This document shows positions 1 through 6,499 of a stretch of DNA of 50,785 nt, one piece after another. A program made the position numbers and the translations under genes. Origin of the DNA: Actinomycetota bacterium (lineage in GTDB: Bacteria; Actinomycetota; Acidimicrobiia; IMCC26256; VFJJ01). Within the stretch, counting starts at the first letter, position 1; the number at the start of each line of letters is the position of its first letter. The notes under the pieces were generated by a model that was given only the letters and a program-made list of their open reading frames with translations, made no database searches and was not told where the DNA came from. The DNA is taken from assembly GCA_009886115.1 (NCBI GenBank), contig VFJJ01000064.1:1-50785 (forward strand). The letters run 5' to 3'.

Positions 1-1594
1 CGACCTGCACGCCGTCGGCTCGCAGCACCGTGACCCGTAATGTCCCGTCGGCCTTCGCTGACACGGCCGCCAGCGGCACCACCAGGACCGGCCCGTCGGT
101 CGACGCCGCGGCGATCGTGACCCGCAGGTTGGTTCCTAAGAGGCCGTCGGGGATCTCGGTGGCCGGGTCGAGCACCACCTCGTGTTCGAGCCCGCCAGCC
201 GGGCCGGCGACGGGCTGGCCGGCGATCTCGGCCACGACCGCGTCGAACCGGTCGCCGGTCACCTCGACATCGAGCACCGCTACGGCACCTTCTTGTACCA
301 ACGGTCGATCGCCAGCCGAGACCCCGCCCCGGACCTCCAACGACCCGATACTCAAACCCAACAGCGCACCACCCGCGGGGCTCGACGCGCCCCCACCACC
401 CGCTCCGAGAGCACCCGCTTCCGAACCCGTCGGGCCCGCCCCAGCGCCACCACCGACCGACGCCCCGATCACAGCGTTCGACGACGACACCCGCGCCGGC
501 AGCTCCGGCACGAACACCACCTCACCCCGCGGGACGGTCACCCCGGCCGAGACACTCACCAAGAAGTACGACCGTTGCGCCGCCGTCAGCGCAGCCTCCG
601 CATCGACCACACCACGCCGCAACGCGTCCACATCCGGCGGTTCCAACGCCGTCTCGTACGCCAGCTCCGCCAGCCGCACGCCGTCCTCGGCATCAGCCGC
701 CAGGCCAGCCTGCTCACCACCGACCCGGGCCCGATCGACCTCCGCCACAGCCAACGCCTGACGGGCCGCGGAAACCTGCTCCGCTGTCGCCACCGGGTCA
801 GCCACCAGTCGATCGACCTCACGACGAGCTGCGCTCACGGACCCATCCGCCGCCTGGATCGCCCGGGCCGACGTGTCGCGAGCACTGTTCAGGCCCCGCT
901 GGGACTGACCCAACGCCACCTCGGCCTGCGCCACCGCGCCCGGATCGACCTGGCGGCCATCGGCCAGCGCCTCCTGCGCACCGGCCAACGACCGTTCCGC
1001 CGCGTCCACCCCCGCCAACGCCTCCGCCAACTTCACCGTGTCGTCAAGCGAGGACGGCACCGGCTCGAACCCGGCCTCCCGATACCAGGCCGCCACCGCA
1101 GCCTGCGTCCCCGCCCCGAACACGCCGTCTTCGTCGTCGCCGACATCGAACCCCAGACGGGTCAGGCCGTCCTGGAGCTGGGTCACGTCCAGACCGCGGC
1201 TGGCCGGCCCCAACGACCGGTACACCGGCACCAGACCTTCCAGCACCAACACCGGCCGATCCGACACCACCACCAACACGCCACCCTCGACGACTGGATC
1301 GCCCACCCCGACCCGCACATCGGTCACCACCGGCACCGTCTCACCCGACAACAGCGGCGCACCCACATCCACTGCACCCGCCGCGACCACATCACCACGA
1401 AACACGACCACGTCGGTCAGCACGCGGCGCTCCACCAACGCTGTGATCACCGACGGCACCGGAGGCGCCGCATCGGCGGCCGCTTGGTCCGGCGACCTGA
1501 CCCGCTGCCCCGCCTCATACGCCCCGACCGGCACCCCAACCAAGATGAGCGCCGCTATCAACCAGCCGATCCGACTGCGCCAGTTCTTCTTCAC
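1..1594 (-). CDS. Peptidoglycan-binding-domain / membrane-fusion (adaptor) protein typical of actinobacterial ABC export operons; 3' end truncated by window edge
   Basis: Manual translation (absent from ORF track because it runs off the edge). GTG at 1594 gives MKKNWRSRIGWLIAALILVGVPVG (TM), RSPDQAAADAAPPVPSVITALVERRVL, a PG-binding-like segment YRSLGPASRGLDVTQLQDGLTRLGF..DGVFGAGTQAAVAAWY, an Ala/Gln coiled coil, and GPVLVVPLAAVSAKADG near the edge. Confidence 0.8.
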   Translation of the reverse strand, partial: MKKNWRSRIGWLIAALILVGVPVGAYEAGQRVRSPDQAAADAAPPVPSVITALVERRVLTDVVVFRGDVVAAGAVDVGAPLLSGETVPVVTDVRVGVGDPVVEGGVLVVVSDRPVLVLEGLVPVYRSLGPASRGLDVTQLQDGLTRLGFDVGDDEDGVFGAGTQAAVAAWYREAGFEPVPSSLDDTVKLAEALAGVDAAERSLAGAQEALADGRQVDPGAVAQAEVALGQSQRGLNSARDTSARAIQAADGSVSAARREVDRLVADPVATAEQVSAARQALAVAEVDRARVGGEQAGLAADAEDGVRLAELAYETALEPPDVDALRRGVVDAEAALTAAQRSYFLVSVSAGVTVPRGEVVFVPELPARVSSSNAVIGASVGGGAGAGPTGSEAGALGAGGGGASSPAGGALLGLSIGSLEVRGGVSAGDRPLVQEGAVAVLDVEVTGDRFDAVVAEIAGQPVAGPAGGLEHEVVLDPATEIPDGLLGTNLRVTIAAASTDGPVLVVPLAAVSAKADGTLRVTVLRADGVQV

Positions 1595-1999
1595 TGTGCC
1601 CTCGGCTCCGTCCGATGTCTCCGAAAAATCTGTTGCCGCCAGATGACGATGAGCGCTCGCCAAGCGCTTGCGTCACCGCTCTCTGAACGCGCGGTATCAG
1701 GGGTTTCCCGGGGGCTGCGAAACTCAACGTGGCGCGCGTTTGCCCATGGATGCCGAGACCGGATGACGCCGGAATAGTAATTGTACCATGTAACCAAGTG
1801 GGCTCGTAGCAAAAGAAAGATCTGTCGTCATCCTACAAGTTATATGATTGAAGTGGCATGAATGAGTGCGTGTACCACGGTTGACCGCCTTGAACTCCTG
1901 TGTCTCGAACTTTAACAATCAGCGTCAAGCTGAATGTTGGGCGTTTCGGTCTAAAGCGATGCCGGCAAGGCTGCTGGAATCAGATTCTGGTGTGGCCGA

Positions 2000-2536
2000 C
2001 TATGAGATGTAGATGCTGCTGATCCGGTTGTCCCAGCCGCCGAGCATGGTGGGCGATTGGATGTTGGCGTTGGTGTTGCCGGGGTAGACGGATCCGCTGC
2101 CGTTGGCGCCGTCGTAGAAGATGCTGCTGCACGGCCCGACCTTGTAGCTGCTGGTCACATTGTCGAACCCGTAGGGCGACAGGTTCGTGTAGACCTGCTG
2201 GGTGGACAGTTGGAGGAGGCTACCCGTATAACTGGTGCCGGAGTAGAGCCTCAGAGTGCCAGAACAGGTCGCCTGGATCACCACGCCGCTACTGACCCTC
2301 GACGCCTGCGTGTTGGCGTCCATCTCCGCTTCGGTCCGGTAACACGTCGTGGTCGTCCCGTTGCTCGTACAGGCCTTGGCGTCACCCCAACCGCCCCGGA
2401 GATCGATCGTGGCCCCTTCGAAACTCGCCAGCGACGGGTTGGGTTTGGGGGCCGCGCCCGCGCTCCCGACGAACGGGACCGCTACCAGGCCCAACATCAC
2501 GGTTGCGAGGATCGTGATTCGAGTCGTGCGCTTCAT
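2000..2536 (-). CDS. Secreted protein with beta/gamma-crystallin-like (peptidase inhibitor I36/SKLP-like) domain
   Basis: AGGAG RBS before ATG 2536 (alternative ATG 2551 overlaps the upstream stop). Sec signal MKRTTRITILATVMLGLVAVPFVGSAGA. Two Greek-key-type motifs: LRLYSGTSYTG..FDNVTSSYKV and IFYDGANGSG..WDNRISSIYI. Confidence 0.75.
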   Translation of the reverse strand: MKRTTRITILATVMLGLVAVPFVGSAGAAPKPNPSLASFEGATIDLRGGWGDAKACTSNGTTTTCYRTEAEMDANTQASRVSSGVVIQATCSGTLRLYSGTSYTGSLLQLSTQQVYTNLSPYGFDNVTSSYKVGPCSSIFYDGANGSGSVYPGNTNANIQSPTMLGGWDNRISSIYIS

Positions 2537-2547
2537 TGGTTCTCCTG

Positions 2548-3312
2548 TCATGGTTGGGGACCGACGCCGATGAACACCGAACGCTGCGACGAGTCAACAC
2601 CGACAAGAGCGCAGATATCCGTCGGGTTGAGCTGCGGGTTCTCCTGCACCTGCCAGCCGTCGAGCTCAAGCTCTGCGATCAGCTCCCGAGCCAAGGCCAC
2701 AGCTTCTGACTGAGCGATACACGAGCTACCAGCAGCTTGGACGAGACGGTCCTGAAGCTCGATCACCGCTTGTGCTTCGGGTGAAAGCTCGAGCACGGCC
2801 GGGTCGAGCCCGAGGGTCTCGCAGACCTCGACCGAATCGCCAGGGAACACCTCGACCGCGCTCGACACACCGACGCACGCGACCAGCGGTGGTGGCGCCT
2901 CGACGTCGATCGTGTCGAAACGGCCCTCGACCCATACCGTCGCGCACCGTCCGATCGGGTCGGGACCCGGCTCGATGACGACGATCTCGCTGTCGAGACG
3001 TGCCTCAGCTCGACAGGCCACCCCGCTCTCGGGCCGGGACGATTCCCGACCCGCGACCAGCGCGACCGCCACACCCGCGGACGAGACGAGCAGCACACCG
3101 ACCCCGACCAGAATCACCCGTCGATGACGGGCCTTCCATGCCCGTCGACGCACCGAACGGCCGTCGGGATCGGTCGCGGTTATCCGGGCGATCAACTCGT
3201 CCAGGTCATAGGAACGCGGCGGAGGCCAATCCCCGCTGGCGAGCGGGTCGGCTCGACGGATCGCGTCGATGATGTCCCAGCCTTCAGGCCGGTCCGGTGA
3301 CTTGTGGCTCAT
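2548..3312 (-). CDS. Putative membrane anti-sigma factor (single TM, Cys-containing extracytoplasmic domain)
   Basis: ATG 3312 overlaps the sigma stop (ATGA). Cytoplasmic N-terminus, basic stretch, TM VILVGVGVLLVSSAGVAVALVA, then a domain with six Cys. Directly downstream of an ECF sigma. Confidence 0.65.
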   Translation of the reverse strand: MSHKSPDRPEGWDIIDAIRRADPLASGDWPPPRSYDLDELIARITATDPDGRSVRRRAWKARHRRVILVGVGVLLVSSAGVAVALVAGRESSRPESGVACRAEARLDSEIVVIEPGPDPIGRCATVWVEGRFDTIDVEAPPPLVACVGVSSAVEVFPGDSVEVCETLGLDPAVLELSPEAQAVIELQDRLVQAAGSSCIAQSEAVALARELIAELELDGWQVQENPQLNPTDICALVGVDSSQRSVFIGVGPQP

Positions 3313-3836
3313 CGCTCGGCCACCTCGCGGACACGCCGATACGCACGCGAAACTCGTTTGCGAGCCGCGACCGGGCTGCAACCGAGTATCACCGCCAGTT
3401 CCTCGGCCGAGAACCCGTCCCGCACCACCGCGAGCAATACCTGACGGTCACCCTCGTCCAGGCGGGCCAACGTCCGATCGACCAGCTCACGTTCGTCAAC
3501 CTCGTCAAACCCGTCCCGATCATGCATCGAGGCGGTATTCGCGTTCCGGTCGCGGATGAACCGGGCTTCGTGTGTCATGCGACGGCTCGTGGCTCGGAGC
3601 TGATTGCCATGCGTCTGGTACGCGACCCGACACAACCAGGCATGCCGGAACGACTCCGGCACCTCGTTGAGCACATGATCGAACCGGCGCCAAGCGACCA
3701 GCAGAACACCCTGAACAATGTCGTCGATCTCCGAGCCGTAGCACCTGCGCGCCACGAACCCGCGTAGACCTGGCTCGTGCTTCCTCACGAACCCGGTGTA
3801 CTGGCAGAAACGCTCGGCTGGATCGACAGAACTCAT
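3309..3836 (-). CDS. ECF RNA polymerase sigma factor (sigma-70 group 4)
   Basis: GAGGG RBS before ATG 3836; 175 aa. Region 2 EIDDIVQGVLLVAWRRF..HAWLCRVAY; region 4 LARLDEGDRQVLLAVVRDGFSAEELAVILGCSPVAARKRVSRAYRRV. Confidence 0.9.
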   Translation of the reverse strand: MSSVDPAERFCQYTGFVRKHEPGLRGFVARRCYGSEIDDIVQGVLLVAWRRFDHVLNEVPESFRHAWLCRVAYQTHGNQLRATSRRMTHEARFIRDRNANTASMHDRDGFDEVDERELVDRTLARLDEGDRQVLLAVVRDGFSAEELAVILGCSPVAARKRVSRAYRRVREVAER

Positions 3837-3854
3837 GTTTCCCTCAGCTGGAAT

Positions 3855-3880
3855 ATGTCCGGCTGAGCGGAAACTGTGAC
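3855..3880 (-). promoter_or_regulatory. Candidate ECF autoregulatory promoter P1 (GTCACAGTTT-N9-CGGACAT)
   Basis: Bipartite motif ending 18 nt before the sigma ATG; identical half-sites and spacing recur at 3989-4014. Confidence 0.55.
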
Positions 3881-3910
3881 ACCCCACCTCGAGAAACCAC
3901 CAGACGTGGA

Positions 3911-3951
3911 GGTGGCGTGGCCGCTGAGGGAAACGGTGCGGCCACGCCACC
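3911..3951 (-). promoter_or_regulatory. 14-bp perfect hairpin with anti-RBS loop (candidate sRNA or 5' UTR switch)
   Basis: GGTGGCGTGGCCGC (3911-3924) and GCGGCCACGCCACC (3938-3951) are exact reverse complements. On the minus strand 3923-3934 reads GTTTCCCTCAGC, complementary to the sigma RBS region GCTGAGGGAAAC (3837-3848). Confidence 0.5.
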
Positions 3952-3988
3952 AGAGAACCACCCATCAGGGCAGGACTCCACCCCATAC

Positions 3989-4014
3989 ATGTCCGACACA
4001 CGCCAAACTGTGAC
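3989..4014 (-). promoter_or_regulatory. Candidate ECF promoter P2 (GTCACAGTTT-N9-CGGACAT)
   Basis: Minus strand GTCACAGTTT GGCGTGTGT CGGACAT: same 17 fixed bases as P1 with a different spacer. Confidence 0.55.
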
Positions 4015-4149
4015 CGACCCGGGCCCGAACAACCGCTCAGCCTGAACCGCAGTGGGACCTCGGAGCCACAATCGGGCTCCCCCTTCAGGGCAACCACATG
4101 CCGGCAAGCGACGGTTCCTCGTCACAGACGGACCGACTCGAGCAGCCGC

Positions 4150-4620
4150 CGTCGACCTCGCGGCCGTCGACCAAGCGGCCGACGACAAGCCGTTCGCCAG
4201 CGTCGGCGCTGTACATCGGCGCGATCACGCTCACCGCGCTGGCGCCGGCCGACATCCGGGCGCGCGACGCCATGTCGCTGCACATGTCGAAGCGGTGGGG
4301 CGACGAACCGCTGGCGTCCCGCCACGGTGCGCACGACGCACCGGATGCTGCGCCGGACATTGCACGACTCGGTCCAGTGGGAAGTTCGCCGGCCGCAAAC
4401 CCGTGCCAGGCGGTGATCGAGCCGGGGCGGAACCAGGTGGAGATCCCGGGCTGGGACGCCGAGCAGACGCGGGCGTTCCTGGCACGTCGAACGTGGTCGG
4501 CTCGCTGCGACGGGGCCGCTGTTGGTGGCCACCGGCATGCGAAGGCCACCACACTGCGGCACCCCTCGCACTCGGTGGTGGTGCCGGGGGTTGCATCCGA
4601 ACGTGGTGCGCCTCTGCCAT
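4150..4620 (+). pseudogene. Degenerate tyrosine integrase remnant (frameshifted, internally deleted); boundaries approximate
   Basis: Integrase-like blocks in different frames but correct order: LYIGAITLTALAPADIRA (4209), ATVRTTHRMLRRTLHDSVQWE (4321), NPCQAVIEPGRNQVEIPGWDAEQTRAFL (4398), HHTAAPLAL (4547, cf. RHTAATLAL), RGLHPNVV (about 4585, cf. GVHPKVV). Confidence 0.7.
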
Positions 4621-4818
4621 TCCTCGATCGCGATCACGCTCGACGCGGAAAGCCACCTGCTCCCGTCGATGCAAAGGTGACCCCGCAGCAGACCTGGGAC
4701 AAGGCCGTAGACGGGAGTCGATCCATTGCACCAGGCCGTCGAGCGTGATCGTGTTGGGCGGCGAGCCGTACCGGCTGTGAGACCAAGGCCGCCTCGGCGA
4801 CGAGGAAGTCGCCGGCAG

Positions 4819-4840
4819 TTGCCAATCCGTTTGCCAATCC
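4819..4840. repeat. Direct repeat TTGCCAATCC x2, candidate integrase arm-type sites
   Basis: Exact 10-mers at 4819-4828 and 4831-4840, between the two convergent integrase genes. Confidence 0.5.
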
Positions 4841-4912
4841 ACTGGCCGGAGTCAAACGGACTGACGTGCACCGCGCGGATGATCGCACCTACGCTGAGCT
4901 GCGGAAACGTCA

Positions 4913-4932
4913 GTAATGTCATGTGACATTAC
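4913..4932. repeat. 20-bp palindrome GTAATGTCA-TG-TGACATTAC
   Basis: Perfect 9-bp AT-rich arms with a 2-bp spacer, 16 bp beyond the integrase stop. Function unknown. Confidence 0.6.
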
Positions 4933-4948
4933 GCCAGCGCTCACCCGC

Positions 4949-6148
4949 TCAAGGTGGAGGAGCGTCCTTCTGCGACAATCCGGGACTCATGAGGGCGGGT
5001 TTGCCGAGGAGGCGGTTCCAGGCTTCGATGGCGTGGGGGAGTGATGGGCGGACGGGGTGGCGGTAGCCCTGGGTGGTGCGGGTGTCGACGTGGCCGGCGA
5101 GGTCGGCGACCTTGACAAGGTCGTCGAGCTGGTCGGCGACGAGGGAGACGAATGAGTGTCGGAGCTCGTAGGTGGTCCAGTCGGTTCCGAGGCCGGACCT
5201 CTCGCAGAGCGCCTTGAACGCATCGCGAAGGTTCCCGAGCAGGTAGGGCGTTCCGTTGCGGGTGCAGAACACGAAGCCCTCGGTGCTGAAGTAGCCGATC
5301 ATCTGCATCTCGTCACGGTGACGATGGAGGGCCGCGACCAAGAGCGGGTGGAGGCCGATGGTGCGGCGTCCCCTTTCGGTCTTGGGTGCGGCCTGGCCGA
5401 CGTACCTGTGAGCAAGCTCCTGGGCGCGTTCGGCGACGGTGATCGAGGGTTCGGCCGAGTCGATGTCGACGAACGGCCATCGGAGGCCGGCGAGCTCGCC
5501 CGGTCGCAGTCCGCACATGAGGCCGGTGATCCACATCGCCGGAGTGGACGATGCCGGGATGCCCCGGGTGAGCAGGGCCTGGGCTTGCACAATGGTCAGC
5601 GACTTGCGTGGCTTCGCGGGACGGGCGACTGGTAGCAGCACCGTCGTGGCAGGGTTCGTCTTGATCACGCGTTGGCGGACGGCGTGCTGGCAGGCATGGT
5701 TCGTGTACAGCCAGACGCGATCGACCGTGCTCGTTGACAGGCCTGACGCGGCCATCTTCTGGAAGGGCTGCTCGAGGCGCGCCGTGGAGGTTCGGTCGAC
5801 CCGGAGGCCGCCGATCGTCGCACGGACATGAACGTCGAGGAGTGTCCGGGCGTTGGCGATCGTGCTCGGGGACTTCTCGCGGGCGTGACGTGTACGACTC
5901 GTCGACGAGACGCTCGGACAGCCGGCGTCGAGCCACCCGTCGATCACCTGCTCGAAGGTCGCGAGGCGTTCACGGCGGGGCTCAACTGTGGCGCCGGTGG
6001 CTCGCAGCGTAACGAGATCGTCGAGATCCTTCTGGGCGTCACGCTTGGAGACCCGCTCGACCTTGCGGCGCGAGCCGTCAGGGAACCGGACCCAGGCCAT
6101 CCACCGCTGCGCGCCCTCGTTCCACCGCACCGTCGGCCGTTGCGCCAT
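4949..6148 (-). CDS. int: Tyrosine recombinase / integrase (399 aa)
   Basis: ATG 6148 (MAQRPTVRW) after a purine-rich RBS. Catalytic motifs CGLRPGEL, PKTERGRRTI, YELRHSFVS, LAGHVDTRTTQGYRH; arm-binding-like N-terminus. The ORF-track extension through the tRNA is not real. Confidence 0.93.
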   Translation of the reverse strand: MAQRPTVRWNEGAQRWMAWVRFPDGSRRKVERVSKRDAQKDLDDLVTLRATGATVEPRRERLATFEQVIDGWLDAGCPSVSSTSRTRHAREKSPSTIANARTLLDVHVRATIGGLRVDRTSTARLEQPFQKMAASGLSTSTVDRVWLYTNHACQHAVRQRVIKTNPATTVLLPVARPAKPRKSLTIVQAQALLTRGIPASSTPAMWITGLMCGLRPGELAGLRWPFVDIDSAEPSITVAERAQELAHRYVGQAAPKTERGRRTIGLHPLLVAALHRHRDEMQMIGYFSTEGFVFCTRNGTPYLLGNLRDAFKALCERSGLGTDWTTYELRHSFVSLVADQLDDLVKVADLAGHVDTRTTQGYRHPVRPSLPHAIEAWNRLLGKPALMSPGLSQKDAPPP

Positions 6149-6245
6149 GCCAGGCCCCCTTCTGAGCTGGGTCGACAGAGCGCCGACGGAGCCAGCGGGC
6201 GAAAGGCTACGTCCAAACCGGCTACGTCGCGGGTCGGGACGCGGG

Positions 6246-6280
6246 AAACCCCAGGCCAGATGAGCTCTGGCCTGGGGTTT
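6246..6280. terminator. Perfect 15-bp hairpin directly 3' of the tRNA (probable intrinsic terminator)
   Basis: AAACCCCAGGCCAGA-TGAGC-TCTGGCCTGGGGTTT. Confidence 0.75.
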
Positions 6281-6285
6281 TGGTG

Positions 6286-6358
6286 TGGAGCTGAGGAGCT
6301 TCGAACTCCCTACCTCTTGCATGCCATGCAAGCGCTCTACCCACTGAGCTACAGCCCC
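6286..6358 (-). tRNA. tRNA-Ala(GGC)
   Basis: GGGGCTG TA GCTC AGTGGGTA GAGC G CTTGC AT GGC AT GCAAG AGGTA GGGAG TTCGAAG CTCCT CAGCTCC A. Cloverleaf with G3.U70 Ala identity pair; CCA not encoded in register. Confidence 0.95.
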
Positions 6359-6499
6359 ATGCGCGGGCAGGACTCTAGCAAACCGCTGCACCAGATCGAG
6401 ATCGACCTCGGAGCCCCAGGCATCGGGATTCGGCGGGGTCGCCCTGACGGCGGCTCAATCGAACGCTGGGGCTCGAGGGGCGGCCGGTAGATTGGTCAC

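Larger units (their letters stand above)
1..6358. mobile_element. Right end of a genomic island / integrative element inserted at tRNA-Ala(GGC); left boundary outside the window
   Basis: Tyrosine integrase directly downstream of the tRNA 3' end, a second degenerate integrase, accessory cargo and an AT-richer spacer. Core genes (leuS) resume on the other side. No duplicated tRNA 3' end was seen in the window. Confidence 0.75.

Noticed and set aside
1173..1181. TGGAGCTG match to the tRNA 3' end as a possible att site
   Set aside because: Only 8 bp and inside a coding sequence; expected by chance.
30..1777. Long plus-strand ORFs (243, 531 and 202 aa)
   Set aside because: Antisense shadows of the real minus-strand adaptor gene; low-complexity translations with no motifs.
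4098..4748. 216-aa ORF as a functional gene
   Set aside because: It contains only some of the integrase-like blocks, with the others in different frames; better explained as a pseudogene.
6149..6391. N-terminal extension of the integrase ORF in the track
   Set aside because: It runs through the tRNA and its terminator; an RBS-supported ATG lies at 6148.
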